In this document: positions 52,986 through 64,000 of the stretch, in pieces | Numbering within the stretch: the stretch's first letter is position 1 | Layout: every line of letters starts with the position of its first letter | Source of the DNA: Antedon mediterranea | Lineage: Eukaryota; Animalia; Echinodermata | Assembly: GCF_964355755.1 (NCBI RefSeq) | Contig: NC_092674.1 | Span: 20,336,001-20,400,000, forward strand | Direction of reading: 5' to 3' | Length of the DNA: 64,000 nt | The notes under the pieces: generated by a model | What the model saw: only the letters and a program-made list of their open reading frames with translations | Database searches by the model: none | Told to the model about the DNA's origin: nothing | Translations under genes and position numbers: made by a program

Positions 52986-55257
52986 TCTGGCAAAAATAAA
53001 GTTATAATTCCACTTTTTTTTAGTTTCAGATGAGAAAAGTAAATGTTTTTGATTGATGGTTTCGATTAGCATAGTACACGTCGTGATGTTTGCCAAAGGC
53101 TAGCCAACCAAACATTGGACATGAAATTCATATGATCAAGTGCTTATTATTTAAGTTTGACAAACAAAGTTCTTTCTTAAGGATGTACACTTTAGAACTA
53201 GGACAGGGTGAGTGACTACCTCAACTAATTCTTTGGTTTGTTTTCTTTAAACATTGAACTTTTGTGTTCACCACAATATAAAGTGCTGGTCTACTTGACA
53301 TTTTACAAGCTATTACAAAGTTCATGGTTGGTTCACATTAAGATTGAAACTATAATAATGATATTATTATATTTTAAGAAAATGCTGAGAAATGTATAAC
53401 CATATGGCATAATGTAATGGTAAACTGGAACACACTAACCGTTATCTATTTTAATTTTAACATTTTTTTAAAATTTATTGTTTTTCATTTATTATTTTGC
53501 TCTATAATAACAAAATGTGCTCAGGCTGAGATATTTGTTAAAAATCTTCAATTATTGGAAAATTTTCTCTCAATTTAATTTGTAATTTATTTATAGGCCT
53601 AGGCCTATATTAGGCCTATTAGTATTATAAATGTCCAGATGAAAAGAAATGTATACATACATGGTATTGAATAGTGTCATGAGATGTAACATTTCTTCAT
53701 GTTCGTTATGGTGTCATTAGGTTTATAAAAGAAAAATTAAACCTCATTTTTTATAAGCCAATATCTACTGGTCGTTTATATTATCCTTTCGTCATTTTAA
53801 TCGGAATATAGTAGATTGTAGATTTATTTAATTTTCATTTATTTGGCTTAAACCGCTTAAAATATACATCTAGAAAACAAATATTTTCAATGACAAAACA
53901 CTATTGAAAATAAATGAAATTGATTAAGTTATTATTATAAACGCAGATGTATATCAAGACAAAATTTACATAGCGTCAGAGATTCCAAATATGCCAATTA
54001 AGAAAGTTAAAATTTCCGGATTCTCTTTCAAATATTTGCATTCAAGCGAAAAGGTTTACCTTTGTTAAACTTGTTTAGAGACTTTTGTTTGCAGTAAGTC
54101 AACTTAAAGGGATATACAGACAGGCAAGTGAAACGACGACTAGTGTTCTTTTTTTTTATTCAATAATAGATTTATCAACATGACAATGAATAGAGAATTA
54201 TTCTCATTAATCAATGGTTTATTTACGATATGGGTTTCCGTCAAAAAGTGATTTTTCACTAAAGAATAGTTGGTTTTATTAACAGAAGTTTTCAAGGTTT
54301 ATAGTCCAGTGGTGTTTCCCCCTGTTCAAACCTGGGGCAGTTCCATTTATATAAACTAGACGAAATGATGTTAAATTATAATAATAATTTAATATGCTTA
54401 ACTTAATGGTTATTAACCCGTATTCAAGTTAAAACAATTACAAAGATATAATCTCAAATTTACAGGTATAGCGGATTGCGGTAATCCATAGGTCATTGTT
54501 CAAACAGTAAGGATTAACGTATTGGGTCAGAGGTGAAAAATAGCATCACAAACCATATTATCACTAAAATCCAGTAGGGCATTCATCCCTGTAAGGGGAG
54601 GTTAAATAGCAAGGACCTTAAATAGAACCTAAACATTAAACATATAACTAAAAGTAAAATCTAAATGTACAATCAATGAACTATTGAAATCACAGTACTT
54701 GCGTATAACGACATTGTATTCTCGATGACGTAATTAAGAATTCAATAGAATGTTTATTGAATATCACGTGACCCATAATCCTCTGATCAAATGACTAGAA
54801 TATACTTAGGTGTGATATAAAAGCATACGGCCTACACATGACTTTGAGTGTTACATGTTATTCAAAAAGTAACAGAAAATACAAGTATTAGTCTTATTGT
54901 AAATGAAGATAGATACAATTATCATACAGAAATCATTTCGTTATACCGGACTTCAGTGTGCAGTGACCAGTAATATAAACTGACCACATTCAGTCAGATG
55001 ACAATTATAATAAACATTTCTGACATTTATATTTTATTTTAATGAGATTCTAATCATTTTCACGTGTAACATGTAACAGAATAATGTATTATTCAGCCCT
55101 CAAGCTTTCTTGATAAATTTAAATTACTACGATTCCTGATTCATTGATGTCAGAATAAATTATTTAAAAATTAGTCCTTGGGGAAATAAATAGAATTGAG
55201 ATTGAATTAAGGTTGAAATGATATAATTGCTCGTAAGAAGAGAAGTTATATTATTAT

Positions 55258-55418
55258 AACCCGTTTCCCACCAGGCGAATATTGTATATTCGCGCGAATC
55301 GAGATCTAATTGATCACGGGTTTTCTCTTTGCATCGAAAATAGTAGATGTAAAATGCGAATACCCATGCGCATAAACCAATTCACATGGATAAATTCACC
55401 TATAGTGGAAAACAGGCT
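55258..55418. mobile_element. Degenerate Harbinger-like MITE (different family)
   Basis: Imperfect TIRs AACCCGTTTCCCACCAGGCGAAT versus reverse complement AGCCTGTTTTCCACTATAGGTGAAT, in TA-rich flanks. Confidence 0.5.
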
Positions 55419-58400
55419 TACATTTGTACTTTTAGAATGATAATACAACTATTGGATGACGAATGAAAACATTCTGAGATAAATGTAAGATATCTTTAAT
55501 CCCTATTATTAAAAAGCTGTATACATTCGTGCCTTGCGATCCGATGCTATCAATCAGAATTAAATAGGCCTACAGATTAAATATAGGAATGCTAAAGAAT
55601 AATATTTTTATGAGTATTATTAGCATTACTACAGTATTGTTCACTCAATCATGTAGGCCTATCAAATACATTGACAACTAGACTCAAACATTTAAATCGT
55701 TAATATAGGCTACTGTAACCAAATTGTAAGGAAACTGGAAAACAGAAAATTGAAACAGTCCAAACAAATTCAAACGATTCCTACACAATTCTAAAACATT
55801 ACAAGCGTAATAATATCACATGGTATTGATGGAAGGGGTGGGGCAACAACCACAACAAACAACTAATACATAGACCTACTTGATTGTAACTTTATTACAC
55901 GATTTGTTCACACTGTAAAACCAAAGTTTAACAATAGCTCAACCGCATTATAATAAAGAATATCAATTGATTTCCTTTTGATTATTATTGAATAAGCATT
56001 CTATTATATTTCTACTACTGTATACAGACGCATAGTTTTACATATTTATGATATCCAATACAAATGACAGTTGACAATTAAGTTAATGAATTCATTGGTA
56101 AATAGAATTAACACAGATTGCTTATCTGCAGCACTGGTTTCATCACAGCTGCCTTTCAACGCTTTATTTGCTATTGTAATAAGAACAATACAGAAAGAAC
56201 TGTGAAGTGTGTTGGGAAAGGTGACCATTGAGGTAGCGTATATCTTGTACAATAACGATGTTTATAAGGTCATTTTATCAATTGTTTTCATGAGTATTAT
56301 CTGGTATCAGGGGAATTTCAAGTTAGACAGTCAGACCAGATAGTTTAACTGTTTATAAAACTGTACGAGAAGTTTGTGCTTCTGCTGTTGCCACCATGAC
56401 CTCTGAAATGTCTGTCATATTGTTACCAAATGCATCGTGTTTTAGGCAATCGTACCTAAGCATTGTTTTCATCTTTAAGCGGGAAAGTTTAACTTTCAAA
56501 GTTTTCCTATGTCAAAATATTGGCTATACTATATAAAACTATTTCCCATTGTCTATTCAAAATTCATTAACATCCGTCTTATTTTATTGAATATCTCTGA
56601 AAAAAGGAATCACCTAATTAATATAATATTAGTATTAGTTCAATTTTGTAAAGCAAAATACTTTTGTGCACAACTTTTTTAACAGCAGAAGGTGGTATTA
56701 AGAAAGATAAGCTTTATTTTTGATCAAGTTCTATCGAATGTTATTGAACAGAAGTGAAGAAATCATGTCAAGTATTTTCTTTATGCTGCAATAACCAATG
56801 ACGCTAAATAAATAAAACAGTGATTGTAACCTATAGTCATAGTTTATTTGTATTCAATGTGTTTATTTTCTTAAAGTTTGATCAAAACTCTATCTCTAAC
56901 GTCACTTACGGATATTGTAAGTTGTCAAAAGTGTTGGCGATGTCAGCGACAGGTAAATCTTTTAGAATTCGTTCCAAACAAACTGTAATCGTGAGGAATG
57001 GCTGTGCAGATTTAACGCTCAACTACACAAAAGCACAACAACAAGGAATCATTCGACGAAGACCATTTAAACATATATAAAGTTAGTGTTATTTGATACT
57101 TTAGATACATATTTTTTTAAACAAGAACAAATAAAACCATTCCTGACTCATTCCTTTACTTCCGAAAGCAGGTAGACAAACTAATCAAAATGATTCTTCT
57201 CCTTAATATTGGAAACTTATTTCAAAATGTTCGAATTACTTTAAATTTATTTTTTATTGAACCATGCTTCATGAGGGTAGCCCATCCAGCAACTACAATA
57301 CAATACAAAAGTACAAAAATACATTGTCATAAAAAACCAATTATAATAAAACTATAATAAAAAAAACATAAATTCAATAACTCAAATATTTAAATATAAT
57401 TCAAGAATTCAATAAATGCACAAAGGTTCAACTCAGTATATGCATAATTTTTAAAATACAAGCAAAATTATTTAAAAAAAACACAGCTCAGAAAACTAGT
57501 TAAACTTTAGGAAATGGATCTCCATGGTTAAGATAAAGTCTCTTAAAGATTGCCGAATATTGGGCATACTAGAACAGTCTATAAGAGTAATTGATAGATG
57601 CTATCCATTAAATATGATTGCTACTTGTTGGTAATTTAATTCATTTGCAGGTCTCTTTTTTATTTTTGAACGTTATGAAAATTACGAAGAAGAATAGGCT
57701 AGAGTTTTTAAATCGTGGATTTATGCTCATTTAGACTTAAACACAAAAAAAAATAGGATCAACACAGTTACAATATCCTCGTGATATATTTTGATTTGAT
57801 ATTCCTGATGACAATTTAACGTACGTGACAGTGCGTTCAACTCACTGATTTATCAGATGAATTAGGTAAAATTAACCGCCACGGATAATTGAAAACACCA
57901 ACAAAAAAGAACAATTGAGATATAAATTATATAATTGTAGATTCTGTTCGAATGTACTACAGTTTTGATAATGAAAGATTACATTTACTTTGAAGACATA
58001 AGTTATCTGTCAAATTCATGTGCACTTTCTACGCCATGTGCGCCATTGGAATTAAATAATTACATTAGGTTTATAATATTTACATTCATTTTCATAAGTA
58101 GGCCTATCTACTATGTTTTTATAATGGATGAAGTAGCAGTGATTTGTTTAGAGAATTTGGTTCAGACAACATTTGTGTTGATTTGGAAGTAAACAACTTA
58201 ATAGCAAACAATATATTAATCTAAATCTAATTCACTTGTAATATATATATATTATATTATGCGTGGTGCACTGCACTGACAAGATTTAATAAGATCGAAC
58301 AGAACTGTCTGAAGATTGAACATTATAAATATATTCAATAATATGTATTATTGTTACATACCAATTCATTTCTAAAAAAAGAGTTTTCTTTTTCATTTGT

Positions 58401-60436
58401 TTATTTCGTTTATTCGTTAACTTTATTCAAGCTATATCATGGTAAATAGAGTAAAACAAGGAAGTATTTTTCGGTTGCGTTCATTTAAATAAGAAATATT
58501 TTTTAAAGTTATAATTGTGTTGTTTGTGAAAAGAAACCATATGAAGTACTATTTTAAGTGGACTTGGGTTACGCTTGAATACAATAGAATTTATCCCGAG
58601 GCATTATTACGAGCTCTTTGCTAAAACTCATTTGCATAATTCAGCAACAAGTTGGAATGAGTCGTAAGTCTCAGAGAATGGAACTGTAACAAACATCATG
58701 ACTTTAAAAATGTTAGTTTCATTTTAATTATTACACTTTATTATATATCTATATGCCTACAATATAGGCCTTTTTGATTACAATTATTTGCGTTTATTTA
58801 TCTATTGTATTATTTTACGATTTGTTTACTGTAACATGGAGTGATTGCAGAATTTGTTTGTGATTTATACTATATCGTCAGTAGTACGAGGCTAGTAATT
58901 ATGAATTGGTGACCAGCATTAATATACTATAGTTACCAGTTATGAATAAGTATTTTGCTTAGTAATTGCAACATTGTAACATTTGATGATCTACTGTGGG
59001 TTATTATAGATTATGACGTCACAACTACTATAAAAAATGATTATGTTCACTAACTTCTACAAGTGGTTTGGCAATGTGACTCATGGTCGGAATATTACTA
59101 GCTCGTATCGGCTGTTAACGTATCGAACTTTAGTTATTCGCATGATCAATTCTTGTTATTCATGAAAAGAGAACTGGTGGTGGTAAAAATTCATTTTCTG
59201 CATCAAAATTGATTGTATTGTAACGAGTAAATGAAGCACAATCACTGCGTTCATAACGAAGCAATTCAGTTGTAAATAATATGGTTTTGCCTACATGAGT
59301 GTTTATGATAACAGGAAAAGATGAAACAAGGTACGGGGGACTGATTTGTGTGTTATCATGTATTAAAGTAACCCGTGACAAAATTTAAGGAGCGTAAAAT
59401 GACCGCACATGCCCCTCAAGTGACTGGCACACCTTTTAACACATTCAATGGTGATTTTTTCGCACAGAGAAATTATGCCAACTGTTGAGTACCATGTCCT
59501 CAACCAATGTAAGCTCTCTTAACTTTCATGATAGAGGGCGTATCATTGTCGAGCGTTTTATTGTTTATTATTTCTTCTATTATTATACTGAACTAATTCA
59601 TTGCATTATGTTCCACAAATCCATTCATGTATTAATAGATAAATGCCAATAATATTGGCTGCCAACTGATGAACAAATGGAAATATAAGTAACTAATTTG
59701 CAAGATTAAAAATTTGATTTGACATATTTTATAGGCCTGCTATTGATATATACCATCTTAAAAAGGTGATAAAACATTAGAATAGAAAAGTAACAACTGA
59801 AACAATTCTAACTAAATAATTTTGTTATACATATGCTACTGAAATTCTAGATGCAGATTATAGGCTTCTTGGTGATGATGATATCGATGCAACATTCTCT
59901 TTGCTGGTACCAATCATGTCTATAGAATATGATCGAATTATCACCGGTCCAATAGACAATAAACTCACTCATTATTGGTAATGATGCATCTTGAAATGAA
60001 ATTAATTTTCCAATCGCTAATGTCCGAATGACTAATTTATGCTGAGAATAATTATCGTTTGGTGCCTATATACAGGTGTCTTAGGATCCCTCACTGAACA
60101 ATGGCGTAAGAATGCACAAGGACATTAGGCGGACTCCGTTCATACAAGCGCGAGAGTCATAAGCACTTGTTAATTATGATTATTTTTTACATTGTTTAAT
60201 TGGTTGTATAATTCTTATATTATTCTTCACTTACATTATTCACAAATAATGTGTATGCTATCGATCAAAATATAATAATAACAATCTTACGGCAGAGACT
60301 TTATTAACCCTATATTTCTATTATTGTTCAGCCAGAATTTTGGTTGCGTAACCTCAACATCTACAGAGGTTCATGCAGACATTTTACATTTCATGTAGGT
60401 GGGTGGTGTTTGTGTGAAAAATATAAAATGAAAATA

Positions 60437-60601
60437 CAAGTCAACCCTCTCAAAACCAGACTCTCTGAAACCAGACTTTTCTCGTGGTCCAAATGGCCCC
60501 GAGTTCATTTTTACCATTAGAAACACATTTCAGACACCTGAAAACCGGACATATATGCTATGGCAGCCCAAAGGTGTCCGGTATTTGGAGAGTTGTGCAT
60601 G
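60437..60601. mobile_element. Degenerate Tc1/mariner (pogo/Tigger-like) MITE
   Basis: TA|CAAGTCAACCCTCTCAAAACCAGAC on the left and GTCCGGTATTTGGAGAGTTGTGCATG|TA on the right; internal repeats of AAAACC(A/G)GAC. Confidence 0.5.
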
Positions 60602-62174
60602 TATGAGCTAGAACCTGGATGTTAACCCATGACCCGGGTTTAAAGAAAAATTGCGCAGCTGCCGTAGCGCCTTTGCGAAGGTCGTCTGGTTGTTTCGGGC
60701 TAGCACATTCCTTTAAACGTCGGGCCTGCACGTGTTTGCATAGTGTAATGGCTTTGAATTAAGAAATGCGCATTCTGGAAACACGTAAACGATGCGTTCA
60801 CAAACAAGCTTGAACTATGTTGCCCCCTGGTTCACACAAGCTCTTTCAACATTTTTCATTGTTCAGTCAGATTATAATTAAATATGGTTATTGAAATATC
60901 ATGATAAGCATTGTGATATATTTTGTCTGAACGGAAAAGCGATACTAAAAAAAAATAATAAGCAGTTTGCTTATAAAGTCTCATTATCTTGCATTCAGTA
61001 CAGATGTACTAATGTGGAGCCTGGTGCAATATTGTATGTTGTTGGCCTAAATGTGACCATACAATAGTTTATGGAAATATTAAACCATCACCACGAGTAA
61101 GCGCAACAGATTTGAAAAATGTGAATTAAAATCTAATGGAGAGAAAGGGAATGTAATGCGAGGAAAGGGGAAGGGTGGGCTTTGTTTTTCCATACTTTTC
61201 AAAACAAATACTGTATAACATGTGGTACTCCCTGTAAACTCAAAATAGATATCACAGACTGAGCAGGTATGAATACAAACAATACTCATTGATCTCTATT
61301 GTATATTACATACGGAACAGACAGTATTTAACAATACAATTATTACCGTGTCATTTAATATTTTTCATATAATGTTTTTATAGACAGAATTAATACATAC
61401 AATTGTTTTAATTAGGAATTATTTTTGAAAAAATATTAGGCTATTTAAAGGGATAGCTGTTTAATTATAAATTATATCCAGATTAACGAAGTAGTTGTTA
61501 AATTGTTAAACAGTTTGTAAAAAGCACAGTAGAATCCTTAAAGGTTGGTTTCTAGAACGCAACGAAACTACGTAAGCGCAAGGCATTATGCGCCAATCAC
61601 AAGCGACACAATTCGGATAAACTTAACCCGTTCAGTTAAACATAACAGCCATTTTGTAATTTTAATAAAGTTATTTAAAAATAATAATGTTAAAATTTAA
61701 AATTAAACGAGTATTTCGGATGAGGGCAGAGGTATAATAGAATAATAATAATAATAAATAATATATTTATACAGGATAAAACATTCAGATAGCAGTGTAT
61801 ATGCTTTACATTGTGGTCATGTCTTAGAAGAGATGGTAGTGGTACAATATTTACTGAAAATTAGAACACAGAATATGAGCAAATTGTGTGGGAAATGAAA
61901 ACGAAAAAAAAAAACATAGGCTATAGCCTACAGGATACATAAAAGAAAGGGATGATTTTATACACAAAAAGATTAATAAAAATCTCCACAGGTTATAATG
62001 AAATATATTGACACGACATAATTCTACCAAAGAACGAGATTTTTCACGGTTAGTCCAGTTAGTAGAAAATGGTTAAACCCACATTTATCTAGATAATAAT
62101 TCCATGTGAACGCTACGTAATAAAATTACTTCACATACCGCAAGCATAACTTGTAAACTAGCGGAGACCAAGTA

Positions 62175-62830
62175 ATGTCCTATTGCAGTCATACGTATAT
62201 ACTTGACCACATTTCACTAATATCCAGTGAAAGTTATACCTTCCGAACCATTCAAGACACATGTTTACAAACAATAACACGTTTATTTATGTCTTATTTC
62301 ACAAAAAGCAATATACAAAAGACGAGTGTGTATCAGAATAAGTACACAAAAACTGTTCGTATGTCGTAATTGATATTTCGCTTCGGTTAATGTATCCCAC
62401 GAAAAGTGTTCACTTTTCGCTGGTGTATCGCAGTGGAGACGAAGTGATTATTCTTGTTTTAACTCGCCCAGACGAGTAGTAATTGAGATCATGCAAGTTA
62501 CTTGATATTAAAGAAAGAAACCAAATGCTTATATTAGTTCAACGTATATTCAGTAAATTAACTGTGTTAAAAGGACTATTAGTTAGGCTAAGCTGCATAG
62601 AACGGAGTTACACTAATTCGAGTTACACCCGACTTAAAGGCTCGTGTAAACGGTTAAATCACTATATAAATACATCCGTGTCGTTAACTGCGATGTGCCC
62701 GTAACTCCAGTAGGCTTCAGAGGTATGTCCGATGTAAGGTTATATGGTAACCCACATTTGAATGCAGAAGAATTGATTAAAACACTGTTTAATCCCAATA
62801 TAGAGAAAATTCGTGTAAACATACTATTAC
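62175..62830 (+). mobile_element. Decayed CR1/L2-group LINE ORF2 C-terminal region
   Basis: Ordered peptide remnants in different frames (SYTFRTIQD..TRLFMSYFTKSNI; YTNSSYTRLKGSCKRLNHY...AMCP; RLYGNPHLNAEE..TLF) resemble the post-RT and Cys-motif tail of marine-invertebrate CR1-group LINEs. Recognised from memory, not by alignment. Confidence 0.45.
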
Positions 62831-64000
62831 CCTATGGGCATGGGCCTATAACGCAACATTGAAAATTGCACATTGAAATCAGTGGATCTGTGAAAGGATT
62901 CCAAATTCTGAATGCGAAGCCTACAATATGAATGACATGACGGAATTCGTTTTCAATAAATTAACCTTTACTTCTACATGTGTTGTGTTTGTTTTTTTAT
63001 TTGTTAAGAAGAAAAAAATATATGGTTTATATTTTCATGTTGATTTCCAACGAATGTGTCACAATTGAGAAAACAATACAGACATCCGTATAATAGTTTC
63101 ATGAAGAAATAAGCACGAGTTAAACATTTAATTAGTATTTTAGGTCTACAGGTAGGCCTGCATATAAAATGAGATTACAATACAAAAGAATGTGTAATCT
63201 CTGTGAGAAATACTTGAACTTAAGCCGATTAAAATTAAAATCTAAAAGATATGAGCCGTACCAGCAAATCACAGTTTCAACAACTGTTACACGGTATGAC
63301 ATACAACAGAAGTTCTCAATTGCGCCACATCGCGCTTCTTAATAGCCTAGGTATACAATACAACAAATTGGATATGAGGTTAATAATACAGAACACCATG
63401 GTGTCCTACTTCACTGGTGTTTGTGGTTTATATTACATGAGTCCACCATTTATACTTGCAATAAGCGACTAATTGCTACGTACACATTACAGTATTGCAA
63501 TAACGAGAGTTAATGTAACAGATAAACATTGCCTCGGATGCCTAAAACTTAATATCGGATCTTATTAACTACAGTTTGTAATATTATAAACCGCGTGGAA
63601 AATCATTTACATATAACGAGTAATACTTGCACGCATTCTTTTTCTCAAGAAATTCAAAAGTAAACATTATTCCTAGTCTAATTTGATATTCATAACATCC
63701 AATACTGGATTTATATTAGGCCGATGTACAGATTGTAATTTACAACGTTGTTAGCAAATCACACGATTGCATTTCTCTGCTTTCCACTAATCATAATGCA
63801 ATTTAATAATTACAAATCGATAACTATTTAATAATATAAAATTACTACATACTGCACTATAGAGAAAACAATATTTTAATGTTTCAAACATAATTTTTAG
63901 TATTATTTCCAACGGTGTTATAATATTATTCCAATTTGAACAGCGCCTCCTATCGATATGAAGATATACAGTACGGTATTAGGAATTGAATTGACATTGT

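Noticed and set aside
60817-60834. CTCF-like motif CCAGGGGGCAAC
   Set aside because: The 5' part of the core consensus is missing; a single weak match.
61538-61620. Left end of another Harbinger-like MITE
   Set aside because: No matching right terminus or second copy in the window, so it cannot be supported from this sequence.

Overview
AT-rich (roughly 30% GC by eye) animal genomic DNA, not prokaryotic. It is probably from a marine invertebrate deuterostome, possibly an echinoderm; this is inferred from the protein and repeat content and is not established. The only convincing protein-coding gene is an intronless SoxB1 (Sox1/2/3-group HMG-box factor) on the minus strand at 37203-38261, inside an otherwise gene-free regulatory desert. 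All other ORFs in the track look spurious or are decayed retroelement pieces. The flanks hold small non-autonomous DNA transposons (Harbinger-, Kolobok-, Tc1/mariner- and Helentron-like), SINE/LINE remnants, micro- and minisatellites, and Penelope-like traces. Most notable: (1) an intact minimal hammerhead ribozyme in a 176-bp insertion with a 20-bp target-site duplication; (2) a 130-bp loop-less palindrome between (TA)n tracts; (3) about 48 copies of TAGGCCTA against under 1 expected; (4) a dispersed 41-bp hairpin micro-element; (5) paired and clustered Sox sites at the SoxB1 promoter and 3' flank, plus a TATA box pointing away from the gene and weak hints of overlapping or divergent lncRNA exons. 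There is no CRISPR array, rRNA or complete tRNA, and I cannot support a new multi-gene system.
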